From Minisyncoccota bacterium (lineage in GTDB: Bacteria; Patescibacteriota; Minisyncoccia; Phycocordibacterales; SW-6-46-9), in NCBI GenBank assembly GCA_040904005.1, contig JBBDUH010000018.1, positions 1 to 51,095 of the forward strand: a stretch of 51,095 nt of DNA. Reading direction: 5' to 3'. Of the stretch, positions 42,609 through 50,922 are shown piece by piece (the stretch's first letter is position 1; every line of letters starts with the position of its first letter). A model generated the notes under the pieces. That model was given only the letters and a program-made list of their open reading frames with translations, did no database searches and was not told where the DNA came from. The translations under genes and the position numbers were made by a program.

Positions 42609-43484
42609 ATGAAACGACTAATAATGACCTTGGCCCTAGTACTGATTGGGATGATGGTAATGTTTTTTGTTGAGCAGGTCAACGCTCAACATAACCGAGC
42701 GATAGAACTCAACGACTCAACCCTTATTGTTGTTAATAACAATAATATCATTGAAGCAAAAACTGTAGACTGGGCACTGATACCAAAACATGAATCAGTT
42801 TTTGATCTTTCGGATCTTGAAATCATCAATCTTTTTCAGACCGGAAAGATAACCACGAAAGGTTCATGGACACATAATATCGAGAAAGAACTATTTCCTG
42901 TATTACGTGGAGATGAAATGGATAAATTCACTCATTGGGAAATCTCTGATGGTTTTCTCGAAACAAAAACTGAAAATACTATCACAGGAAACAGCAAGGT
43001 AAATAAAGTTGGAACCATCGCTCTTTGGTGGGGGCTTCTGTGTGGATTATTGATGGTGCTCTTGCTTTTTAATGAACAGCAAGTGCGGAAGGTAGGTAGA
43101 GAAACCAGAATAAAGATTTACACATCTGTAAGCCTGACACATATCTTCTCACTAACTATTATTGTAGGCCTCGGTTGGCTCTATGAGACATTTCCATCAG
43201 TCTTTATGGGAATTGTAGTTTTTGTAGGCTTTATCATTATGGTAATTATCTCATCATCGCCTGCCGTATTTGCAAACAGTGAGCTTAGCCTTGGTGATAG
43301 CTTGATAGTGGCTAGTTTAGGATTTTTTGTTTTTTTGGGACTCATTATTCTAGCAGTACCAGCAAAACTTAGCTTAGCAGTTTTAGTCTTCCCAGTATTA
43401 TTATTTTTTGGCGGTTATCTAATTGCTGAAATACTAATGATATTTAACTCAGAAGGCGAGATAAACTTAGCAAAAAACCATTAA
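42609..43484 (+). CDS. hypothetical polytopic membrane protein (291 aa), AT-rich
   Basis: Signal/anchor helix, a ~110-aa external domain and then about 5 TM helices. No family recognised. Confidence 0.65.
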   Translation: MKRLIMTLALVLIGMMVMFFVEQVNAQHNRAIELNDSTLIVVNNNNIIEAKTVDWALIPKHESVFDLSDLEIINLFQTGKITTKGSWTHNIEKELFPVLRGDEMDKFTHWEISDGFLETKTENTITGNSKVNKVGTIALWWGLLCGLLMVLLLFNEQQVRKVGRETRIKIYTSVSLTHIFSLTIIVGLGWLYETFPSVFMGIVVFVGFIIMVIISSSPAVFANSELSLGDSLIVASLGFFVFLGLIILAVPAKLSLAVLVFPVLLFFGGYLIAEILMIFNSEGEINLAKNH

Positions 43485-43506
43485 ACTACAGATCTCATTC
43501 AAACTA

Positions 43507-43544
43507 AGGCCATATTCGCACATAACGCGAATATGGTCTTTTTG
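43507..43544 (+). terminator. Terminator after the 291-aa gene
   Basis: AGGCCATATTCGC-loop-GCGAATATGGTCT followed by TTTTT. Confidence 0.8.
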
Positions 43545-43646
43545 AATGAGCACCCGACATCTTTTGTCTTGCTTTAGCACGATAAAAGAACGGTCGTGCG
43601 AATTTATGTCCGAATTTTGTCATTAACATGACAAAATTCCTGGACC
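43544..43646 (+). repeat. E-element copy 4 (most complete)
   Basis: GAATGAGCACCCGACAT, hairpin CTTTTGTCTTGC-TTTA-GCACGATAAAAG, core GAACGGTCGTGCGAATTTATGTCC, hairpin GAATTTTGTCAT-TAAC-ATGACAAAATTC, then CTGGAC. Confidence 0.75.
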
Positions 43647-43713
43647 AAATAAGATTATTTTCCGTTACACGCTACACGTTTTGCGTTATACGCTACATGC
43701 TACACTAAAACTA

Positions 43714-45354
43714 ATGACCCAGAATGGTACAGCTGAAGATGCTCCCGATGCTGAGTCATCGAAAGATGACGAAGTCCCGTCTGAAGTTGAAAAATCCCCC
43801 TCTAGCGGGAAGAAGCGCGAGGTGAAAGGCTTTGCCACCGTCAAGGCGGCCCAGACCACCATGCTCCAGGCCCAGATGATAGACGTGGAGGTCGATATTC
43901 TCCGTGGGCTCCACTCCTTTACCGTCGTCGGCCTGGCTGGCAAGGCCGTGGATGAGTCGCGCGACCGTGTGTCGGCGGCAATAAAGAATGCCAGCTTTGA
44001 GACGCCGAAAAAGAAGAACCAGAAGGTTGTCATCGCCTTGGCCCCAGCGGACATCAGAAAGAGCGGGCCGGTCTTTGACCTCGCCATCGCCATCTGTTAT
44101 CTGCTAGCTGACGACCAGATCAGCGGGAAGGTGAACGACACCGTCTTTCTGGGTGAACTGTCCCTGGATGGCCGCCTGCGGCCGATCAATGGCGTCCTGC
44201 CGCTGGCGCGCCACGCGAAAGACTGCGACTTTAAAAATGTGATCGTGCCGAAAGATAATGCTGAGGAAGCCGCCTTGATTGATGGCATCGATGTGCTGGC
44301 TGCCGAGACACTGGTAGAGGTCATCGACCACGTCGATCAAGAGACAGATTTTAGGATCAGCCCACAACCGAAAACAGAGATCGAGGTTAAGAAGGGTGAG
44401 TTTACCACCGACTTTGCTGACATTCGCGGCAACGAGGTCGCCAAGCGCGGCCTGGAGATTGCTGCCGCTGGTGGGCACAACATCCTGCTTTTTGGCCCGC
44501 CCGGGACAGGGAAGACCATGCTGGCTCGCGCCTTCACCTCCATTCTGCCGCCACTGTCTGCTGACCAGCGGCTGGAAGTCACCAGTATCCACTCAGCGGC
44601 TGGCGAGACTGATGAAGTTCTTCTGACCCACCCACCTTTTCGCGCTCCCCACCACACAGCCAGCTACGTTGCCGTGGTTGGCGGTGGAACGATACCCAAG
44701 CCCGGGGAGGTGACGCTAGCACACCGCGGTGTGCTTTTCCTGGATGAGTTTCCCGAGTTCTCCCGGCAAGTGATCGAGGCGTTGCGGCAGCCACTAGAGG
44801 ATAGGCTGGTGCGCATCACTCGTTCGCGAGCCAAGGCCGAGTTTCCGGCCAACTTTACTCTCCTGGCAGCGATGAACCCATGCCCATGCGGGAACTTCGG
44901 CTCAGACGGCAAGGAGTGTATCTGCAGCCCACAAGCGCGCGAAAAGTATAAAAAGAAAATCTCTGGCCCGATCCTGGACCGAATTGATATGTGGATCGAG
45001 GTCGCCGAGGTTGACCACGAAAAGCTGGCCAATAAACATGAAGGGGAGGAGAGTGAGAGAGTGAAGGAACGCGTTGGCCAGGCTAGAGAGCGGCAGGCCA
45101 AGCGATTCATTGACGGTGCCGCCAGCACCAACAGTGACATGTCTGCCGCCGATATTGATACCCACATTAATTTAGATACTACAACAAAGAAGCTCTTGAC
45201 CCAGTCCGCCCAGAAGCTCGGTCTCTCTGCTCGCGGCCACCACAAGGCCGTCAAGCTGGCTCGCACCATCGCCGACCTCGACGGCAGTGAAAAGATTGGA
45301 GAGGAGCACCTACTGGAGGCACTGCAGTATCGACCGAAGAGTTGGAGCGCGTAA
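43714..45354 (+). CDS. comM: Mg-chelatase-like AAA+ protein ComM/YifB
   Basis: Trimmed to ATG 43714. A ~50-aa acidic N-terminal extension precedes the ComM pattern: VEVDILRGLHSFTVVGLAGKAVDESRDRV, Walker A GPPGTGKT, and a Cys cluster CPCGNFGSDGKECIC. Confidence 0.9.
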   Translation: MTQNGTAEDAPDAESSKDDEVPSEVEKSPSSGKKREVKGFATVKAAQTTMLQAQMIDVEVDILRGLHSFTVVGLAGKAVDESRDRVSAAIKNASFETPKKKNQKVVIALAPADIRKSGPVFDLAIAICYLLADDQISGKVNDTVFLGELSLDGRLRPINGVLPLARHAKDCDFKNVIVPKDNAEEAALIDGIDVLAAETLVEVIDHVDQETDFRISPQPKTEIEVKKGEFTTDFADIRGNEVAKRGLEIAAAGGHNILLFGPPGTGKTMLARAFTSILPPLSADQRLEVTSIHSAAGETDEVLLTHPPFRAPHHTASYVAVVGGGTIPKPGEVTLAHRGVLFLDEFPEFSRQVIEALRQPLEDRLVRITRSRAKAEFPANFTLLAAMNPCPCGNFGSDGKECICSPQAREKYKKKISGPILDRIDMWIEVAEVDHEKLANKHEGEESERVKERVGQARERQAKRFIDGAASTNSDMSAADIDTHINLDTTTKKLLTQSAQKLGLSARGHHKAVKLARTIADLDGSEKIGEEHLLEALQYRPKSWSA

Positions 45355-45422
45355 AAAATTACTAATTTCTAATGTCTAATATCTAAAAAACCGACTCGAG
45401 AATTCTGACGGTCTCTGTATTT

Positions 45423-46208
45423 TTACTTAAGAAGCGAATTAAGTTGTGTAAGCAATGTATCGTAATCTGATTTATATTTTGGTACCTTCACATCGCTCGG
45501 CTGAGGTCTGAAAGTTAGACCTTTTTCAAAGGGGTGTATCGTGCTACCTTTTTTTCCTGACCATATTAACCTTACGAGGTTTTTCATCATTTTTTTTGCA
45601 GCCTGAAAGTTACTAGGATTATTAACGCAGTACCTAAATGAGCCAAGAACTATATCTGACATAGAGCTTAAATTAGAAGCATTATCACAAGAAGCGGCAA
45701 AAAGTCTTATTTTATCTAAAGAGGTTGTCTTGTCTTCGTACACAAGACCAGTTGAAAATTTCTCACTCAAGAATCCATACTCCTCTGAATTTGGTAGCCT
45801 GTCCATAATCACCACACCTTGTTTATCTCTTTCTTGCAATCTGTTATTAAACTTAGAAACAATGTGATCTGCTCCCCACTTTGTTATAACTTGCATATCT
45901 TGGTTCTTCGCTATTTCATGGTGAACTACATAAAATAATGAACAGCAATCCATCTTAATTGCGTATTCAATCAATTCGTTTTTTATGGAGCTAAAATCCT
46001 CAATTGATACATTATCTGGTCTTGAGCGAGAATCAAACTTTAAACTATCAGTATATTTATAGCCATACTGGTCTCTAATGAGAGAAACTTTTTCGTGAAT
46101 AGCGTCAATGGATTTTACTGGAACTATTAATCCTCCATACACAAAAAACTTAACGTTATTTTTCTCGCTTGGTTGTACATTTGTCTCATCAGCAAAGAGG
46201 AAATCCAT
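45423..46208 (-). CDS. DUF3800-family protein
   Basis: 261 aa. The N-terminus MDFLFADETN and the overall pattern fit DUF3800. AT-rich. Confidence 0.6.
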   Translation of the reverse strand: MDFLFADETNVQPSEKNNVKFFVYGGLIVPVKSIDAIHEKVSLIRDQYGYKYTDSLKFDSRSRPDNVSIEDFSSIKNELIEYAIKMDCCSLFYVVHHEIAKNQDMQVITKWGADHIVSKFNNRLQERDKQGVVIMDRLPNSEEYGFLSEKFSTGLVYEDKTTSLDKIRLFAASCDNASNLSSMSDIVLGSFRYCVNNPSNFQAAKKMMKNLVRLIWSGKKGSTIHPFEKGLTFRPQPSDVKVPKYKSDYDTLLTQLNSLLK

Positions 46209-46298
46209 AGCAAAGAAATATTAAGTAATACTCACTTCACGCTTTCTGCTCAAGCAGTAACCAGAGTTTCGCACTGGCACTCCCCGCCATAGATACTC

Positions 46299-47324
46299 TT
46301 AGTTAAATGGGTTAGATGCGCCCCTGACCTCAAAGTGAAGGTGAGGCCCAGTAGAACGACCAGTGGAGCCAATGTAGCCAATCACCTGACCCTGCACAAT
46401 ATTTTGGCCGTGAGAAACGATCACGCTCGAGAGGTGAGAGTAGAGTGTTTCCGTGCCGTTAGGATGGCGGATAACAACGAAGTTGCCGTAGCCACCATTC
46501 CAGCCCGAACCAACACTTTTGGTAACCTGCCCAGAAGCAGCAGCGACAATGGAGGTGCCGCGCAGCGCAGCGAAGTCAACGGCGTTGTAGCCATGTAGCC
46601 GCTGGGTAACCACCGAGCCGGGTACCGGGTGAATAAAGTAGCCAGAAACATTGGTCTGAGCGGCGCTTGTCACCGCTCCTCCGGCCGCCACGTAACTTCC
46701 CGAGCTCTGTGCGCGCGCCGGTGCCTGCTTCGGCATTTTGCCACCCGGAATATCAATGATGGCACCAATTGACAGTACATCTTCTTTATCCAGCTCGTTG
46801 TAATCGCGAATCTCTGCAACACTACTGTCGTAACGCTTCGCCAAGGTAGCAAGGGTATCGCCGTCCTCCACATCGTGACGCACACCAGAAACAGGCAGAA
46901 TCACCAGGACATCATCAGGTGAAATGGTGCTACCAGAGATATCATTAGCCCAGACGATTGTATTAACAGAAACACCGAACATCTCGGCCACCTCGCCAAG
47001 CGTATCGCCCGCCCGCACTACATAAATACTGGCCTGCTTGCGGTTAGAGTGAAGGCCATTAAGGTCAGCATCCTCACCAGTAGTCGGACTCTTGGGCGCC
47101 ACCACGGCTGCATCGCCGACAATATTGAGATCTGGGCCACCCAGACCCAGCTCCTGCTTGGCAGACTGACTTGGTCGGTGCAGCGCGAGTGTCTGTAGAT
47201 TAATATCACCAGAAGTAGCGGTGATGCCACCTGTATCAGCATCAGCTCGCGAATCAAGGGTGGTAAGAACAAGCAAAAACAGCGCCAACCCTACTAGGGC
47301 AGCAACTGTCAGAATGTGTGTCAT
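46299..47324 (-). CDS. LysM-domain M23 peptidase
   Basis: 341 aa with a signal/anchor, two LysM repeats (YVVRAGDTLGEVAEMFGVSVNTI, HDVEDGDTLATLAKRYDSSVAEI) and M23 motifs (HGYNAVDF, GSTGRSTGPHLHFEV). Confidence 0.9.
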   Translation of the reverse strand: MTHILTVAALVGLALFLLVLTTLDSRADADTGGITATSGDINLQTLALHRPSQSAKQELGLGGPDLNIVGDAAVVAPKSPTTGEDADLNGLHSNRKQASIYVVRAGDTLGEVAEMFGVSVNTIVWANDISGSTISPDDVLVILPVSGVRHDVEDGDTLATLAKRYDSSVAEIRDYNELDKEDVLSIGAIIDIPGGKMPKQAPARAQSSGSYVAAGGAVTSAAQTNVSGYFIHPVPGSVVTQRLHGYNAVDFAALRGTSIVAAASGQVTKSVGSGWNGGYGNFVVIRHPNGTETLYSHLSSVIVSHGQNIVQGQVIGYIGSTGRSTGPHLHFEVRGASNPFN

Positions 47325-47593
47325 CCGAGCGGATATATGATAAGGCTCGGAGTCTTGTGTAGTAGATTTAATAAGTCAGAAAAATATAAGAGGCGAGGCG
47401 GATGGCGGTAGTGCGGCAAGGATGGTCATGCGGCCAGTCGGCGATACAGAGAATTTCTTATTTATTTGAAGCTATTGAATATCTCATGATTTTCTCTTCT
47501 TTTCATGAGATATTAAGCAGCCTCTATTTACAAGAACGATTATAACCGCCGGCAAGCGGCTGTCAACGGGATGACTATAAATACCATATTTGT

Positions 47594-47739
47594 CAAATAG
47601 ATAATGAATTTTTATTAAGGAGAGCAAGAGGCTCTCCTGTTTTCTGAATCTTCAGAAAACAATTATCTATTTGTCTCCCAACGCTCCGTTCGGACATATA
47701 AACAAGTTTATATATCGCTCACTTCACTTGGTAGTCAAA
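47594..47739 (+). repeat. S-element copy 2
   Basis: Outer stem CAAATAGATAAT/ATTATCTATTTG (47594-47605/47662-47673) encloses hairpins 47618-47638 and 47639-47660. The tail ..CCAA..ATATAAA-CAAG-TTTATAT..TTGGTAG ends at 47739. Confidence 0.6.
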
Positions 47740-47796
47740 AAGTTCCAGAGACTTACTTATCGTTCTTAGGCTAAACAACGATAATCCAGCATGATT

Positions 47797-47830
47797 CTCT
47801 AAACACGACAATTTGTTGTCGTGTTTAGAG
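47797..47830. promoter_or_regulatory. TCTAAACACGACA palindrome, copy 1 (38 nt upstream of pcrA)
   Basis: CTCTAAACACGACAA-TTTG-TTGTCGTGTTTAGAG, with 15-bp arms. Confidence 0.6.
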
Positions 47831-47867
47831 AAGGACGCAGTAGACCATAAATGTTACGATACCCTCC

Positions 47868-49775
47868 ATGCATAAGTTGCTAGACGACCTCAATGAAGCC
47901 CAGCACGCCGCCGTCACCTGGAGTGGCGGGCCGCTGAAGGTAATAGCTGGCGCCGGCACCGGCAAGACCCGCGTTATCACTCGTCGCATTGCCTACCTCA
48001 TTCATGAGAAGGGAGTCGTTCCTAGCCAGATCCTAGCCATCACCTTCACCAACAAAGCCGCCGGTGAGATGCGCGAGCGAGTTGCTGCTCTGGTAGACAC
48101 AGAAGCACTACCAACCATCTCCACCTTCCACGCTCTTGGTGCCCGCCTGCTGCGGACCTACGCACCGAAGCTTGGGCTTAAAAACGACTTCACTATTCGC
48201 GACCAAGGGCAGAGCACACGAATAATCAAGGATCTAATCACAGAGGCCGGCTACGACACAGACCAATGGAAGCCAAAGGTAATTTTGCGGGCGATCAGTA
48301 ATCTTAAAAGTGAAGGACTGGATGCTAGCGAGTTTCGCCCGGCCGTCGGCAAGAGCGGTAAGGAAGCAGTGGTTGCGGATGTCTGGCAACGCTACGAGAA
48401 ACGCTTGCGAGCCGAGAACTCTCTTGATTTCTCTGATCTCATCCTGCGGCCGTATCAGCTACTCAGAGACCATCCGGAGGTGCGAGAGAAACTCCAAGGC
48501 CAGTGGCGCTACATTCATGTCGATGAGTATCAGGACACCAGCCGGCTGCAGTACAAGCTGGTCAAGCTTCTGGTGGGAGAGAGCGGCAGTCTCTTTGTGG
48601 TTGGTGATGGCGACCAAACAATCTACACCTGGCGGGGCGCGACTCTGGATAATATTCTCTCCTTTGCCGATGACTTCAAAGGCGCCGAGACCATCACCCT
48701 CGCGCACAATTACCGCTCCACTAAGCGAATCCTAGCAGCAGCCAACGACATCATCAGCCGCAACACAATGCGTGACAAAAAGGAGCTCATCAGTTTGGGC
48801 GACCACGGCGAGAAGCTAAGGCTCGTCACTGCCTACAACGAAAAAACAGAGGCAACGGCGATGGCGGAAGTGCTGATGAGCCACGAAAGAGCCGGCGGTT
48901 CACTGGCTGACTGGGCCATCCTGTATCGCACCAACTTCCAGTCGCGCATCATTGAGGAGACGCTAAATAAGGCCGGGATTGGCTACCAGATTGCCGGTAC
49001 CGGCTTCTTCGAGCGGGCGGAGGTACGCGACCTTCTGGCGTATGTCACCTTTGCTCTCAATCGCGACTCCGTTACCGACATGCAGCGGATCATCAATACG
49101 CCGCGACGTGGGATCGGCAAAAAGACAGTAGAAAAGATTATTGCTGGGCAGCTCGACGAGCTCTCTGCGAATCGTCGGCAGGCCGTCGATGAATTCTTCG
49201 CCCTTATGGATGAGTTGGAGGCTGACATTAAAAGTAATCCCTCCAGCAAGGCGATAGAGTTAGTACTGAAAAAGAGTGGCCTGGCCGAGGAGTTGGGGAA
49301 GAAAAAGGAGGATGAAGAGCGGCTCGAGAATGCCTACGAGCTAGTTGCCGTAGCAGCTGAGTATGACAGCGAACATACTGGTGATGCAGGCGCCATGCAA
49401 ACCTTTCTAGAGAACGCGACACTTTCCAGTGATCAGGATGAGGTTTCCGAGACAGGAGTACAGCTCATGACAGTGCATGCCTCCAAAGGACTGGAATTTC
49501 CGTGCGTATGGATCTGTGGCCTAGAGGAGGATCTCTTTCCCCGCAACAAGGAGGGTGACCGCGAACGGGCCGAGGAGGAGCGCCGGCTTTTCTATGTCGC
49601 GTTGACCCGAGCACAGGAGCAGGTGGTGCTGAGCCATGCCCAATCACGGCGCTTGTTTGGTGATAGGGAGTGGAAAGCGCCGAGCCCATTTCTGAGTGAT
49701 ATTAATAATGAACTAATTGAGATGGACGAGAGCCAGGAGAGTTTTGATGATGAGGATGTTGTATTTTTTGAATGA
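47868..49775 (+). CDS. pcrA: UvrD/PcrA-family superfamily-1 DNA helicase
   Basis: 635 aa with the motifs AGAGTGKT, HVDEYQDT, VGDGDQTIYTWRGA, YRS and TVHASKGLEF. It has the only TGA stop among the conserved genes here, and that stop lies inside the first bases of E-element copy 5. Confidence 0.93.
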   Translation: MHKLLDDLNEAQHAAVTWSGGPLKVIAGAGTGKTRVITRRIAYLIHEKGVVPSQILAITFTNKAAGEMRERVAALVDTEALPTISTFHALGARLLRTYAPKLGLKNDFTIRDQGQSTRIIKDLITEAGYDTDQWKPKVILRAISNLKSEGLDASEFRPAVGKSGKEAVVADVWQRYEKRLRAENSLDFSDLILRPYQLLRDHPEVREKLQGQWRYIHVDEYQDTSRLQYKLVKLLVGESGSLFVVGDGDQTIYTWRGATLDNILSFADDFKGAETITLAHNYRSTKRILAAANDIISRNTMRDKKELISLGDHGEKLRLVTAYNEKTEATAMAEVLMSHERAGGSLADWAILYRTNFQSRIIEETLNKAGIGYQIAGTGFFERAEVRDLLAYVTFALNRDSVTDMQRIINTPRRGIGKKTVEKIIAGQLDELSANRRQAVDEFFALMDELEADIKSNPSSKAIELVLKKSGLAEELGKKKEDEERLENAYELVAVAAEYDSEHTGDAGAMQTFLENATLSSDQDEVSETGVQLMTVHASKGLEFPCVWICGLEEDLFPRNKEGDRERAEEERRLFYVALTRAQEQVVLSHAQSRRLFGDREWKAPSPFLSDINNELIEMDESQESFDDEDVVFFE

Positions 49776-49866
49776 GGGCCGGACAACTTGACTGCCCTCG
49801 GCAGTCAAGTACCGTCGCCCGAATTTATGTCCGAATATTGTCATTAGTATGACAATATTCCTGGAC
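49770..49866 (+). repeat. E-element copy 5
   Basis: GAATGAGGGCCGGACA, hairpin ACTTGACTGCC-CTC-GGCAGTCAAGT, core ACCGTCGCCCGAATTTATGTCC, hairpin GAATATTGTCAT-TAGT-ATGACAATATTC, then CTGGAC. Confidence 0.75.
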
Positions 49867-49929
49867 CGAGTGTGTGTTCGCAACTTTTAATTTTCTGTGT
49901 AAATTAAAAGTACGATCACACGAACTTAT

Positions 49930-49957
49930 GACTAGAGAATACATGTATTCTCTAGTC
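49930..49957. repeat. Perfect 28-nt palindrome
   Basis: GACTAGAGAATACA|TGTATTCTCTAGTC. Confidence 0.7.
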
Positions 49958-49960
49958 GGA

Positions 49961-50016
49961 ATAAGGGATATGACAATATTCCTGGACGAAGTGAGTGTCC
50001 AGGAATTAACCCTTAT
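49961..50016 (+). repeat. Partial E-element 3' module folded into a new hairpin
   Basis: ATAAGGG..ATGACAATATTCCTGGAC-GAAGTGAG-TGTCCAGGAATT..CCCTTAT. Confidence 0.6.
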
Positions 50017-50025
50017 CTTAGCTCT

Positions 50026-50059
50026 TTCTAAACACGACAGCCCGTTGTCGTGTTTAGAA
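50026..50059. promoter_or_regulatory. TCTAAACACGACA palindrome, copy 2 (80 nt upstream of ksgA)
   Basis: TTCTAAACACGACA-GCCCGT-TGTCGTGTTTAGAA, with 14-bp arms. Confidence 0.6.
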
Positions 50060-50139
50060 AATTATGAAAAAGTTTCTAAGATAAGCGAATCAGGTTGATA
50101 ATAATATGCAATAATCACTGTACGTAGTAGATAATATTT

Positions 50140-50922
50140 ATGGGCGAGAATCTCGGACAACATTTTTTAAAGGATAAAGAGGCGCTGGCGGCGATCGTGG
50201 CCGCTGGGGAGCTTTCGTCTACAGATACTGTTTTGGAGGTCGGGCCGGGGGAGGGAGCGCTAACACAACCGCTGCTGGAGACAGGAGCGAAGGTGGTAGC
50301 TGTCGAGAAGGACCCAGCACTCATTGCAGAATTGGAACAAACATTTCAATCTGAAATAAAAAGCGGGCAGTTAGAGCTCATACAATCAGACATCCGCGAC
50401 CTTGATGTTGCTAATAAGCTAAAAGCTGTCGACTATAAGCTAGTGGCTAATATTCCGTATTACTTAACCGGCCAATTGATCGCCGAGACGCTCACCAGCA
50501 CCCATCAACCCACAAAGGTTGTGCTTTTAATCCAGAAGGAGGTGGCCGAACGAATTATTGCGGCCGATGGCAAGGAGAGTATTCTAGCCCTTAGTGTAAA
50601 GGTTTTTGGTACTCCAGAAATAATTCAGGTTGTACCGGCCGAGAGTTTCAGTCCGCCACCAAAGGTTGATTCAGCAATCCTCCAGATCAGCGATATTTCG
50701 CGCGATTTTTTTAGTGATTTGAGCGAAGAAGAGTTTTTTGCCCTCATCAAGCGCGGCTTTGGCCACAAGCGCAAAACACTCGCCAACAACCTCGCCACCG
50801 ACCCGAGATTTACAAAAGAGCAGACCGAGAAAGCTCTTGAGGATTGCAAACTAAAGACAAACATCCGCGCTGAGCGACTCACACTTGATAATTGGCGCTG
50901 TTTATCCGAAAATTTAATCTAA
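50140..50922 (+). CDS. rsmA: 16S rRNA (adenine1518/1519-N6)-dimethyltransferase
   Basis: 260 aa with LGQHFL, EVGPGEGALT and ANIPYY. Confidence 0.93.
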   Translation: MGENLGQHFLKDKEALAAIVAAGELSSTDTVLEVGPGEGALTQPLLETGAKVVAVEKDPALIAELEQTFQSEIKSGQLELIQSDIRDLDVANKLKAVDYKLVANIPYYLTGQLIAETLTSTHQPTKVVLLIQKEVAERIIAADGKESILALSVKVFGTPEIIQVVPAESFSPPPKVDSAILQISDISRDFFSDLSEEEFFALIKRGFGHKRKTLANNLATDPRFTKEQTEKALEDCKLKTNIRAERLTLDNWRCLSENLI

